From assembly GCA_963836185.1 (NCBI GenBank), contig CAWIIQ010000001.1, positions 1,472,001 through 1,536,000 on the forward strand: a stretch of DNA of 64,000 nt, given 5' to 3'. The stretch's first letter is position 1, and the number at the start of each line of letters is the position of its first letter. Below, one piece after another: positions 21,026 through 30,117 of this stretch. The translations under genes and the position numbers were made by a program. The notes beneath the pieces were generated by a model, which worked only from the letters and a program-made list of their open reading frames with translations, did not search any database and was not told the origin of the DNA. This DNA is from Candidatus Krumholzibacteriia bacterium (GTDB taxonomy: Bacteria; Krumholzibacteriota; Krumholzibacteriia; Krumholzibacteriales; Krumholzibacteriaceae).

Positions 21026-22306
21026 ATGCCCGCTACAGTGATATTGGGTGGCCAGTGGGGAGACGAGGGCAAAGCCAAGGTCGTCGACTTTCTGATGTCC
21101 CGCCATGATGCCGTGATCCGCTTCCAGGGAGGAGCGAACGCAGGTCATACCGTGGTGAACGATGAGGGAACATTCAAGTTTCACCAGATACCCTCCGGAA
21201 TACTTTATCCTGATGTGACGGCCGTGATGGGAAACGGAATGGTCATCGATCCGTTTTCCTTCAGAGATGAACTCGGTGAACTTCTCAAGAGGAGCATCGA
21301 TGTGGCTGGGAGACTTTTCCTGAGCTCAGCCGCACAGGTCGTTATGCCGCACCACAAGTTCATAGACAGTCTCATGGAGGGGGAGCTCAAGAAGAATCAT
21401 ATCGGAAGTACGGGAAAGGGAATCGGTCCCGCTTACTCGTCCAAGCACAGCAGGCGCGGTATGAGGATGGGCGATTTTCTCCTCTCCAAGGAAGATCTGC
21501 ACGAACTGGTCACAAGGGCAACGGAGTGGGGTAACAGGGATATCGAATTATTTGGAGCTCCTCCGCTTTCCACGAAGAAGGTAGCGGCCGATTTCGTGAA
21601 TATACAGGAACTGCTCAGCCCGATGATCATCGACACTCAGGAACTCGTGACACGGTGGAAGCAGGAGGGAAAGAATATCATGCTCGAGGGCGCCCAGGGC
21701 ACCCTTCTCGATATAGATCACGGGACATATCCATTCGTGACATCGAGCAATTGCTCTATCGGTGGAGCCATCACGGGAAGCGGGCTCTCACACAGGGACA
21801 TCGGCAGGGCGATAGGGATATTCAAGGCTTATACGACAAGGGTCGGAAACGGACCCTTCCCGACAGAGCTCGAGGACGATACGGGCGACTGCCTTCGCGA
21901 CAAGGGGAACGAATTCGGGACAACGACGGGAAGGCCGAGGCGCTGCGGATGGTTCGATCTCGTCGCGGCACGATACGCGGTAAACCTCAATGGCCTCGAG
22001 GAGATCGCGTTGACCAAGCTCGATGTGCTCTCGGGGCAGGAGACGATCAAATTCTGCGTGGCATACGAGCTTGATGGAGAGAGGATCGACTATTTCCCGC
22101 AGAACGTGAATCTTCTCAATCGCTGCAAGCCCGTCTACGAAGAGATGCCGGGCTGGCCCGACCAGAAACTCGGGGGAGACTTCGAGGATCTGCCTGAAAA
22201 CGCGAAGGCTTACGTAAATATGCTCGAGGAGAGGCTCGGGATCCGCGCCTCGTTCATCTCGACAGGTCCCGAGCGAAGCAGCACGATCGTAAGGGAAGGC
22301 GCCTGA
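21026..22306 (+). CDS. purA: Adenylosuccinate synthetase
   Basis: QWGDEGKAK, GGANAGHT, EGAQG, GTYPFVTSS, TTGRPRRCGWFD. Confidence 0.98.
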   Translation: MPATVILGGQWGDEGKAKVVDFLMSRHDAVIRFQGGANAGHTVVNDEGTFKFHQIPSGILYPDVTAVMGNGMVIDPFSFRDELGELLKRSIDVAGRLFLSSAAQVVMPHHKFIDSLMEGELKKNHIGSTGKGIGPAYSSKHSRRGMRMGDFLLSKEDLHELVTRATEWGNRDIELFGAPPLSTKKVAADFVNIQELLSPMIIDTQELVTRWKQEGKNIMLEGAQGTLLDIDHGTYPFVTSSNCSIGGAITGSGLSHRDIGRAIGIFKAYTTRVGNGPFPTELEDDTGDCLRDKGNEFGTTTGRPRRCGWFDLVAARYAVNLNGLEEIALTKLDVLSGQETIKFCVAYELDGERIDYFPQNVNLLNRCKPVYEEMPGWPDQKLGGDFEDLPENAKAYVNMLEERLGIRASFISTGPERSSTIVREGA

Positions 22307-22310
22307 ACAG

Positions 22311-22339
22311 TTGACATATCGCCTCGCTGCTATTAGATT
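22311..22339 (+). promoter_or_regulatory. Sigma70-type promoter for tRNA-Lys
   Basis: TTGACA-17nt-TAGATT. Confidence 0.65.
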
Positions 22340-22392
22340 GATTTCGCCGCCGCTGTACGAGCGGCGGCTATACATTTCAGACTGCCATTTAT

Positions 22393-22466
22393 GGGCCGCT
22401 AGCTCATCCGGTTAGAGCACCTGCCTTTTAAGCAGGGGGTGCCAGGTTCAAGTCCTGGGCGGCTCA
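22393..22466 (+). tRNA. tRNA-Lys(TTT), no encoded CCA
   Basis: GGGCCGC/GCGGCTC acceptor; CCTGC-CTTTTAA-GCAGG; GGTTCAAGTCC. Confidence 0.95.
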
Positions 22467-22521
22467 TTTTTTCATGTATTCACTGTTAAAAGCTAGTCAG
22501 TGTTGATAATCACGTAAGTGA

Positions 22522-24450
22522 TTACTCCATGATTTCTATATTCAGCGGTGTTTTGATAGAAGAGGTGTCGAAGCCGTTCTCTTCGAGATGATCGATTATC
22601 ATCTGTCCTATTTTCTGGGGATCGGGAAGATCATCCTCTCTGCACGGCGCGGTATGGCCTTCCATATCGGAGATGGTCAGTATGCTTTCCCTGAGAAGCA
22701 ATTTGTAATATTTCTGATGATAGAATATGCCAACCGATCCAATCGAGTAGAACGGTGGTGAGATTTTGCGGATGTCCAGCTGCTTTCCATACTTCTTTTG
22801 TGTGACAAGACCGCGTTCACGGGTGGCAGTGAAAATAAAGCGTCGGGAATCGACATCGGATGACAGAAGGGACATTCCTCCCATCCACTCGGGCTGCGCG
22901 ATATCCATATAGTCCAGGATCGTTGGAGCGATGTCGAGATTCTGAACATTAGCTTTTATTCGTCTCTTGTGCTTTCCGTCGGGAAAAATAAACATCAAAG
23001 GTACTCGAACATCAACTGTCCATCGAGGACCATGATCGGTACAGATGACCACTATGGTGTTATGCGAGACATTGCTCTCCTTGAGTTTCTGCATAAGCTC
23101 CTCGATAAAACCATCAAAACCCAATATGGAATCATCATAGAAATCGGTCATCCATGGGTCTGTCTCTTTCTTATTTGCTGAAAAGACTCGATTGCTGAGA
23201 CGGAACAAGGGACCGTGAGTTCCGAGCAGATGTACATGTACAAAGAATGGGGAATGAGAACTATCAATAATCGTAAACAGGTCCTTGATTCTCTCTTTGT
23301 CCCAGTTGTATCTTCTCCCGGTTGTGCCCAGTTCAGCCATCGGATCTCTCATGTGCTGCATATTGAATACATGCAGGAAACGAATCGTTATCCTTTCTCG
23401 CATCGCGTTGATAAAATAAACAGATTTGTCACCCAGCAACGCCTGGGATAAGACTTCCAGATTATCCCGCTCAATTTCTCTACGATTGGCCCAATGGAAC
23501 GAGTTAAGCATATTCATGTCTATCGGGTCGGCATGATGGCGAGTGCTGATATCAGAGTTTCGAAAACCGTATTTTCTCAGTTCGCCGGGTAGATGTTGAT
23601 AGGCATCATCACCTTCCAGTATCTGAGGAGGGAACATCAGCCTTGTTCTGGTAGGGAGCTTCCCTGTAAACATCGAGGCAATTGAAGCGCTGGAAGCATC
23701 GGCGTTGGTGAAACAGTTTTCACATAGAAGGAGATCTTGGGAAATCTTATCGAGGTATGGAGTCGTTTTCCGTTCATATCCGTAAACGGACATATGTCGT
23801 GCGTCAAGACCGTCGCTGGACAGAATAATGATATTCGGTGGATTTTCAAGCGAGAGGGACCTTTCGTTCCACTTGAGATTCTCAAGTTGGGACTTATCAA
23901 CGCTTGTGGCGATGAACACGATAGAGACGAGTATCAGTCCCAAAACCAATGTGACTACAGCGCGGAATGAATACTTGCCTGAAAACATTTTCTTGAGATT
24001 AGGAAGTTCCACATAGAAGATGAACGCAAGAATAAGCATCAGTAACCAATAGGCCGCCAGACCTACACCACTTACGTTTCTTACACCGAAGTGCAGAACT
24101 GTATATGTGAAATTGTCTACGAGAAGGAGGGATATCGCGACAAGTACCAAGGTCGTAATTATAGAGGCTGTCGTCGAGCATATACGCAGGACGAACGCAT
24201 TTTTCGTAATGATGAACGGGAGGAAGCAAAGGAACATGGCGAGTGTTCCGATAATAACCGGTGGTATTGGCGAAACGAGCAGAATCTGGATCTTCTCCAA
24301 AAGGCCCATCTTGTCCATGAATGACGGCTTTGTTATATAAAAAAGCCATTCCAGCAGAACGTGAAGATATACCAGGAGTACGATCAGAGTGATCTGAACC
24401 TTCCAGCCGCTTTTTCTCCCGGCCTGATCGTCGGACATCGCGCTAATCAT
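22522..24450 (-). CDS. Membrane-anchored sulfatase-like/alkaline-phosphatase-superfamily protein (NoeB/LTA-synthase-like architecture)
   Basis: About 5 N-terminal TM helices; PNIIILSSDGL, SIASMFTG, VHLLGTH, TDHG, LDIAPTILD. Confidence 0.8.
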   Translation of the reverse strand: MISAMSDDQAGRKSGWKVQITLIVLLVYLHVLLEWLFYITKPSFMDKMGLLEKIQILLVSPIPPVIIGTLAMFLCFLPFIITKNAFVLRICSTTASIITTLVLVAISLLLVDNFTYTVLHFGVRNVSGVGLAAYWLLMLILAFIFYVELPNLKKMFSGKYSFRAVVTLVLGLILVSIVFIATSVDKSQLENLKWNERSLSLENPPNIIILSSDGLDARHMSVYGYERKTTPYLDKISQDLLLCENCFTNADASSASIASMFTGKLPTRTRLMFPPQILEGDDAYQHLPGELRKYGFRNSDISTRHHADPIDMNMLNSFHWANRREIERDNLEVLSQALLGDKSVYFINAMRERITIRFLHVFNMQHMRDPMAELGTTGRRYNWDKERIKDLFTIIDSSHSPFFVHVHLLGTHGPLFRLSNRVFSANKKETDPWMTDFYDDSILGFDGFIEELMQKLKESNVSHNTIVVICTDHGPRWTVDVRVPLMFIFPDGKHKRRIKANVQNLDIAPTILDYMDIAQPEWMGGMSLLSSDVDSRRFIFTATRERGLVTQKKYGKQLDIRKISPPFYSIGSVGIFYHQKYYKLLLRESILTISDMEGHTAPCREDDLPDPQKIGQMIIDHLEENGFDTSSIKTPLNIEIME

Positions 24451-25822
24451 CTTTCCTCATCATGTAGAGGGTTCTCAGGGAATCGACGACCTTTTCGGCG
24501 CGCTCGATCCTGAAATACCGCGAGAAGGCTTCTTCGAAATTCTCCTTCGTGTAATCATCGAAGACATCCTCACGGCACACGAGGAGGCGACGGACCTGCG
24601 AATCTTCCTTGGGAACGAATTCTACGATCAAGACGTCGCATACCCTGCTGAGGAACTCCGCTATCCTGTCCAGGGGAAGGTTGTTTGATATCGCCAGATG
24701 ATGGATCAGTGCTAGAGCCAGAGCCACATCGGCGGGTCCACGCTCGATCAGAGACATCCGTTCGCGGCCGCTCCAGCCCATGCCGGATGTCGGATTAGTC
24801 AAATCGAGAACGAGAGGAAGAATGTTCTTTTTTGCCTTCTGGACGCACTCGAGATAATTCCTCTCGACTGCCGCGGGATCGACATCGAACGAAAGGACAT
24901 ATCCGCCCCCGGAGGCGGCAATCGCGCTGTACCGACCCGTATTCGCGCCGAGGTCCCACACGACACGGGTCCGGACGGCATCCAGGAACTCGCCGATGAG
25001 TCTGTCTTTGTATACGAGACCTTCTGCGGTGTAGTTAGTATCCTCGTAATATTCTGCCCACTCAGTGCCGCGCGGCGCCCATTTAAGTCGCTTGATCGCT
25101 GAATCCAGACTGTCGATGATTCCGAGCAAGGCAGTGCGGCTCACCTTTCCGCGTTTAACGGGCTTCTTTGTCTCATCCGCATATTTAGCCTGGTAACGGG
25201 AATGGAGATGAATATGTGTTATTAGAGGAAACGAGAGGTAAGAGCGAAAAGGCAGAAGGGCGCTTGCGAGATCGAGCGGTATGCCGTCTATATATATCTG
25301 GAAGAGCTGGCTGAGGCGCACATCCTTGTAGCTCATGAGGGCTAGCGGCGCGAGAAAGTGCTGGCAGAACTGGCGGTAGGCGACCCAGGGCTGGCCTTCC
25401 CGGTACCGCTCGAATGAGAGCGTGTCGATGAAGACCGCTCTTCCCCCTTCGAACTGCACGTTGAACGCGCTGCAATCCTTCAGCGACATATCGTGCTCGA
25501 GCGCTTTCTTCTGTACCGCGAGTGTCAGGAGGGCGGCATCTTTCAACTGACTGAAACACCACTCGTGGGGATACGAGATAAAAGGGATGATCCGGGGGTG
25601 CAGTATCTTATACGCGTCGTCTGAGACGGTGAGGGAGAGGTCTGCCTCTTCGTGCTCTACGATCAATCGATCAGAAACGAGCTGTTCGTAGAGTCCGGAC
25701 TGGATAAAATGCTCGTATTCTTGCTGGTAGCGTTTATTGATCTGCCGGTACAGCTGTCCTTCTCTGAAAAACATGAATCCGTTTGGATCGCGGAAGGAAC
25801 CGCCGTGCGTCTCTTTATCCAT
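24443..25822 (-). CDS. NoeA-like protein: N-terminal kinase-like region plus class I SAM methyltransferase
   Basis: SFRDPNG, ISYPHEWCFSQLKDAA, LKDCSAFNVQF, FIDTLSF; VWDLGANTG, LALALIHHLA. Confidence 0.8.
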   Translation of the reverse strand: MDKETHGGSFRDPNGFMFFREGQLYRQINKRYQQEYEHFIQSGLYEQLVSDRLIVEHEEADLSLTVSDDAYKILHPRIIPFISYPHEWCFSQLKDAALLTLAVQKKALEHDMSLKDCSAFNVQFEGGRAVFIDTLSFERYREGQPWVAYRQFCQHFLAPLALMSYKDVRLSQLFQIYIDGIPLDLASALLPFRSYLSFPLITHIHLHSRYQAKYADETKKPVKRGKVSRTALLGIIDSLDSAIKRLKWAPRGTEWAEYYEDTNYTAEGLVYKDRLIGEFLDAVRTRVVWDLGANTGRYSAIAASGGGYVLSFDVDPAAVERNYLECVQKAKKNILPLVLDLTNPTSGMGWSGRERMSLIERGPADVALALALIHHLAISNNLPLDRIAEFLSRVCDVLIVEFVPKEDSQVRRLLVCREDVFDDYTKENFEEAFSRYFRIERAEKVVDSLRTLYMMRKDD

Positions 25823-26066
25823 CTTTACCTGGAGGATCGTCTTTTCGCTGATCGTTTTTTCTGAGGATGTTGTTGCTTACGAAGAACTGGATCCTTTTCC
25901 AAAAAAGTTTGAGCATGAAGGCGGTGCCGACAAGGCCGGCCAGGACGATCTGCAGGATGTAACTTCCCGTCCCCGGGTCTACATACGCATGGGCGCTGCC
26001 GCAGAGAAGCATGACTGCGCAGGTTGACAATACGACCGTGCTTAACAGAAATCGTATATGCCGCAT
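25815..26066 (-). CDS. Small membrane protein with signal peptide and YVDPGTGS motif
   Basis: AHA|YVDPGTGSYILQ, then TM helix and basic tail; GGGAGA RBS; overlaps the next gene start. Confidence 0.75.
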   Translation of the reverse strand: MRHIRFLLSTVVLSTCAVMLLCGSAHAYVDPGTGSYILQIVLAGLVGTAFMLKLFWKRIQFFVSNNILRKNDQRKDDPPGKDG

Positions 26067-26208
26067 ATAATTGTTCTCCCTGCTGGAAACGATATCTCGA
26101 GGATGTATCGACTCAGTTTCCTGAGGCCGTTAGTATCAAGAAATACAGGACTTATCGGAATTTTAACAGAATCAGGCCGGCATTGCCAGCAGAATGTCTT
26201 TTATCCCG

Positions 26209-26814
26209 TTACAGTATCTGCCCCTCGTCCTTCTCCCGGAGAAATACCATCGCGGCCGTGACGCACCAGACTGGCATCAATACGAGGGCGAGCGGAGAGA
26301 GCACGACAGTCAGTTCCAGGACTCCCATGACGAGGGTCACGTATGCGAAGACTTTCATCAGCTCGTTCTTCCTCTCTTTCATCTGCAGGAGCCGCAGGCC
26401 GATGAAGATCTCGATGATGCCGGCGGAGGTCATGGAGACGACCCAGAATATGATCAGTGCGATCAGTGACGTCATGTCCGGAGCGGGCCATGTCGTATCG
26501 GCGAATAAGATCATGCCGAAAGAAGCGATAGTGAATACTATGTACCAGATTATGGAGGCATTGATCGGCCCGTCAGCTTTCGAATAGCCGTATCGATCCC
26601 TGAGGAGCTTTCGAAGCATAAGAAGCACAAAGATCATGACAGCAGCGATGACAACAGTGGAAAGGTCCTCGATACTGAGGCCTGGATCATCCATTCCCAT
26701 CATGTGTTTGCCGACGAACGTCTCGGCGAGACCGAAGGCGAACATAAGGGGGAGGAAGACCGCCAGGGCGATCGAAAGCCAGCCCGCAACTGTATAGCTC
26801 TTATCCGTCATCAT
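26209..26814 (-). CDS. Polytopic membrane protein (DUF2975-like context)
   Basis: About 6 hydrophobic segments; GGAGG RBS; adjacent to a YozG-type HTH gene. Confidence 0.65.
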   Translation of the reverse strand: MMTDKSYTVAGWLSIALAVFLPLMFAFGLAETFVGKHMMGMDDPGLSIEDLSTVVIAAVMIFVLLMLRKLLRDRYGYSKADGPINASIIWYIVFTIASFGMILFADTTWPAPDMTSLIALIIFWVVSMTSAGIIEIFIGLRLLQMKERKNELMKVFAYVTLVMGVLELTVVLSPLALVLMPVWCVTAAMVFLREKDEGQIL

Positions 26815-26866
26815 CGGACCTCCAGGAATGGATTCTCATTTCGACGCGGGGCAGGAGAGTGCCGGA

Positions 26867-27073
26867 TCAATCCGGAATATACTCGAGGATATCACCGGGC
26901 TGACAATCAAGCTCCCGGCATATCGAACTGAGAGAACCGAACCTGAGGCCCTTCATCTTACCCGTCTTGAAGAGGGAAAGAGCGGTAAGGGACAGTCCGA
27001 CCCTGTTCGACAGCTCGGTCAGCGACATCTTTCTCCTGGCCAGCATCACATCCAGATTTATTTGAATAGCCAT
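26867..27073 (-). CDS. Cro/C1-type HTH regulator (YozG-like)
   Basis: INLDVMLARRKMSLTELS..GLRFGSLSSICRELDCQPGDILEY. Confidence 0.9.
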   Translation of the reverse strand: MAIQINLDVMLARRKMSLTELSNRVGLSLTALSLFKTGKMKGLRFGSLSSICRELDCQPGDILEYIPD

Positions 27074-27079
27074 GACTGA

Positions 27080-27132
27080 ATTATATTCCAGAAATTTAAG
27101 TTGTCAAGCTAATAATTTAAGCAAAACTTAAA
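27080..27132 (-). promoter_or_regulatory. Consensus promoter (probably leaderless) with upstream inverted repeat
   Basis: Minus strand TTGACA(27107-27102)-16nt-TATAAT(27085-27080)-6nt-ATG; TTTAAG-N5-CTTAAA at 27116-27132. Confidence 0.7.
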
Positions 27133-27315
27133 ATACTATAACTAATAGTAGTATATACCCCGGAAGAGATATCACATTCCCTGGTTCATATTGCATAGAA
27201 TACCCGTTCCCGGTCTAAATGGCTTAGAAGCCAGTCATTCTAAGATTCCTCTCGATTAGTTCGTGTTTCTTGCTTATAGTCCGTTTCGGAATATTTCGTT
27301 TATCGGGAGAATATA

Positions 27316-28278
27316 TTGAGATCGAAATCAGCTTCCTTGTTTATCCTGCTGGCTTTGGCCGTCCTGATAGTATCAGGCTGTAACGAAGATACAGCGGTTC
27401 CTGAGTGCTCTGATAAATCGGAAACGCTTCGGAACTACCTGATCGACAATGATATGGACCTGCCCGAACTGCTTGCCGATTGCCTAATAGAAGCCAATGC
27501 GGTTCATGGTAACGAGGCGGCTTACCACGTTATGGATATCCGGAGTGAGGGTGCCTATGATCAGGGTCACATTCCCGGAGCTGTCCTCTCATCACTGACC
27601 AGTATTCTGGCTGATGCGGTCGATAACAACGGTAAACCCATTGTCGTTGTGTGCTATACCGGCCAGACCGCCGGGTATGCCGTAATGGCTTTACGCCTCA
27701 GCGGCTATTCTGACGCCAGGGTCCTTAAGTTCGGTATGAGCTCCTGGCATAGTCATTTCGATTTCTGGACGACAAACTGTGCGGATATCGGTATCGGTCA
27801 TCCCAACTGGATCGAACCTCCTGGAAATATTGAAGCAGACGAAGAACACAGCTATCCTTCGATATCCGTCTGCACATCCGACGGCGCGAGCATCCTTGCA
27901 GAGCGGGTGACCGAAATGCTCAAGGGAGGATTCAAGGGCATCAACGGTAGCGAAGTTCTCAATACACCGGCAGGATATTTCATCAATATCTACTGGCTGG
28001 CAGGTGATGTCGTCTCCTATGGAAATATATCCGGCTCCAGGAGAATATATCCAATGTCGCTGGTGAACGGCGAACTCAGCTTCTGCGAGCCCGGCGCCAT
28101 GGTAGTCTCTTACAGCTGGACGGGGCATACATCCTCGATGATCACTGCATACCTGACTGTTCTGGGCTATAAAGCCGTCAGCCTCAGGTATGGTGTGAAC
28201 GGCATGATCCACGCCAACCTCACCTCGAACAAGTGGAATGGCTCGTTCGATTACACCTACGAAGAAACGAATCCATAG
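27316..28278 (+). CDS. Tandem rhodanese-domain lipoprotein
   Basis: Lipobox VSGC; MDIRS..YDQGHIPGA; VVCYTGQTA; LKFGMSSW; second domain SWTGHTS. Confidence 0.85.
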   Translation: MRSKSASLFILLALAVLIVSGCNEDTAVPECSDKSETLRNYLIDNDMDLPELLADCLIEANAVHGNEAAYHVMDIRSEGAYDQGHIPGAVLSSLTSILADAVDNNGKPIVVVCYTGQTAGYAVMALRLSGYSDARVLKFGMSSWHSHFDFWTTNCADIGIGHPNWIEPPGNIEADEEHSYPSISVCTSDGASILAERVTEMLKGGFKGINGSEVLNTPAGYFINIYWLAGDVVSYGNISGSRRIYPMSLVNGELSFCEPGAMVVSYSWTGHTSSMITAYLTVLGYKAVSLRYGVNGMIHANLTSNKWNGSFDYTYEETNP

Positions 28279-28372
28279 TATTCGATTCCTCGTGGGGGGG
28301 CTGATAGAGTCAACTGGGTTTTATTATCGCAGAGTAAGACCTATTCAATTATATTCTGGTCAGGAGGCTTTC

Positions 28373-29503
28373 ATGCATTCTGCCGGAATAATACTGACGC
28401 TCAGCGCTCTTTTACTTTCTTCGCCCGCATGCCTCGAAGAGACGGGCCTCGATCCCGATTCAGGAAGATCTGCCGTGGACGGACCACCCGTCACCCGGAG
28501 CCAGGCGGTCCTTACTGCGGACAGATATGCCAGGGCCCACTGGACCATGACGGTGGAGAGCCGTACAGGTGTGACCTGCAACGGTACTTTTGTGAGCAAC
28601 TATCCTGTGGGCGACAGGATCGGTGTGGGATACAAGTGGGGAGGCTGGACAGAACTCGATGATTTTCTCGACAGGGTCTCCAGGGGCTGGGCGACAGGAA
28701 CGGGAGGGTATATCACGTGGGAGACGATACCTTTCGATTGCGTCGTCGGCGTCTCCTGCACCGGGCTTGTATCAAGGGCCTGGCATCTCGATAACAAGTA
28801 TACTCTGAATTACGATGATCCGGAGATACCCAGGCAATTCGGGGAGATCACTCATGTGATCGAAGGTGTAGACCTGTCGGCGCGCAAGGTGTCCGCTTTG
28901 AAAAAAGGGGACGCCCTTATCAACAAGTATCATGTGGTGCTGTTCGTATACGAGACGATCCACGGGATGGCGATGATCATAGATTCCTCCTATCCTGGGG
29001 TCAGGTTCAGGCCCGTTTCATGGTACGACCTGGCTGCCGACGGATATACAGCGATACGGTACAACAACATCGTTGATGACAGGGATCCTTCAGGAACGAT
29101 CTCGAATCCGATAGAGCTGGAGGCCGGCGGGATGGATCTGTTGGTCGGCGGGAATACACGCGATTTTGTCAGTCTGGAATTTCACAATTATTCGATAGCC
29201 CCTTCGTCCCGTCAGCCGGGACCGGAGATGATATATGCACTGAGTATTCCGGAGGATGGCGTTCTCGATGCTTCCATCACACAGTTCAAGGAAGAGGGGA
29301 TAGACAACGATATCCACCTTCTCGGATCGTTCGAGAAGGACGCGCAGGGTATGGCTCTCGACTGCCTGGCGCGAGGGGATTACAGTATCGAAGCGTCAGT
29401 CAGCGCCGGGACGTACTACATAGTCATAGATGGACGCAACAATACACCTGGAGAATACACACTCACGGTTAGATTCAGACCGGATTCCTTCCCCGGCCGA
29501 TAA
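28373..29503 (+). CDS. Secreted/lipoprotein NlpC/P60-like cysteine hydrolase with C-terminal PPC-like beta-sandwich
   Basis: GYKWGG...GVSCTGLVSRAW...GDALINKYHVVLF; C-terminal AGTYYIVIDG..GEYTLTV. Confidence 0.6.
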   Translation: MHSAGIILTLSALLLSSPACLEETGLDPDSGRSAVDGPPVTRSQAVLTADRYARAHWTMTVESRTGVTCNGTFVSNYPVGDRIGVGYKWGGWTELDDFLDRVSRGWATGTGGYITWETIPFDCVVGVSCTGLVSRAWHLDNKYTLNYDDPEIPRQFGEITHVIEGVDLSARKVSALKKGDALINKYHVVLFVYETIHGMAMIIDSSYPGVRFRPVSWYDLAADGYTAIRYNNIVDDRDPSGTISNPIELEAGGMDLLVGGNTRDFVSLEFHNYSIAPSSRQPGPEMIYALSIPEDGVLDASITQFKEEGIDNDIHLLGSFEKDAQGMALDCLARGDYSIEASVSAGTYYIVIDGRNNTPGEYTLTVRFRPDSFPGR

Positions 29504-29553
29504 CACTTGAAATTTCTGCTGTCTGGTGCAACACTTTCCGCGGAGGTACAAGC

Positions 29554-30111
29554 ATGCAGATAAAGGGATTGATACTTCACGCCAGGGTAGAGTTCGTCAA
29601 GGATCACTTCGGTGAGGATGCCTGGAACAATGTCCTCAACTCGATGAGCGATGAGGACCGCCAGATCCTCGGGGATATGATAGTAACAGCGAAGTGGTAC
29701 CCCTTCGAAGTCGGCGAGAGACTCGACAGGGCTATTGTCGATGTCCTAGGGGCAGGGGATGAGGGGATATTCGAGGATATAGGCGTCAGGTCCGCCCGTC
29801 GAAGTCTCTTGAAGGTCCACAAATCATTCCTTACGCCGGGCGATCCGCAGGCCTTCATGAAGAAGGCTGATATGATCTACAAGTTCTATTATGATACGGG
29901 TCACAGGGAATACAAGGAGACAGGTCCCAACTCGGGCGTGATCTCTACATACGAAGCGGAGACGTTCTCTGCCGCTGACTGTTTGACTGTCCTCGGGTGG
30001 TACAAAGAGGCGCTGAAGATGTGCGGCGCTAAAAATGTGCAGGGCGCGGAGGAGGAGTGCAGGGCTAAAAACGGCACATGCTGCAGGTACCGTTTCAGCT
30101 GGGAGATGTGA
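29554..30111 (+). CDS. DUF2378/TIGR02265-like protein (H-NOX/V4R-related fold)
   Basis: QIKGLIL..FVKDHFGEDAW..KWYP; C-terminal CRAKNGTCCRYRFSW. Confidence 0.65.
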   Translation: MQIKGLILHARVEFVKDHFGEDAWNNVLNSMSDEDRQILGDMIVTAKWYPFEVGERLDRAIVDVLGAGDEGIFEDIGVRSARRSLLKVHKSFLTPGDPQAFMKKADMIYKFYYDTGHREYKETGPNSGVISTYEAETFSAADCLTVLGWYKEALKMCGAKNVQGAEEECRAKNGTCCRYRFSWEM

Positions 30112-30117
30112 TCCGCC

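Noticed and set aside
28279-28303. TTCGATTCCTCGTGGGGGGGC, resembling a tRNA T-arm/3' fragment (att site)
   Set aside because: It does not match tRNA-Lys, only loosely matches tRNA-Glu, has no T-stem pairing, and no integrase is present.
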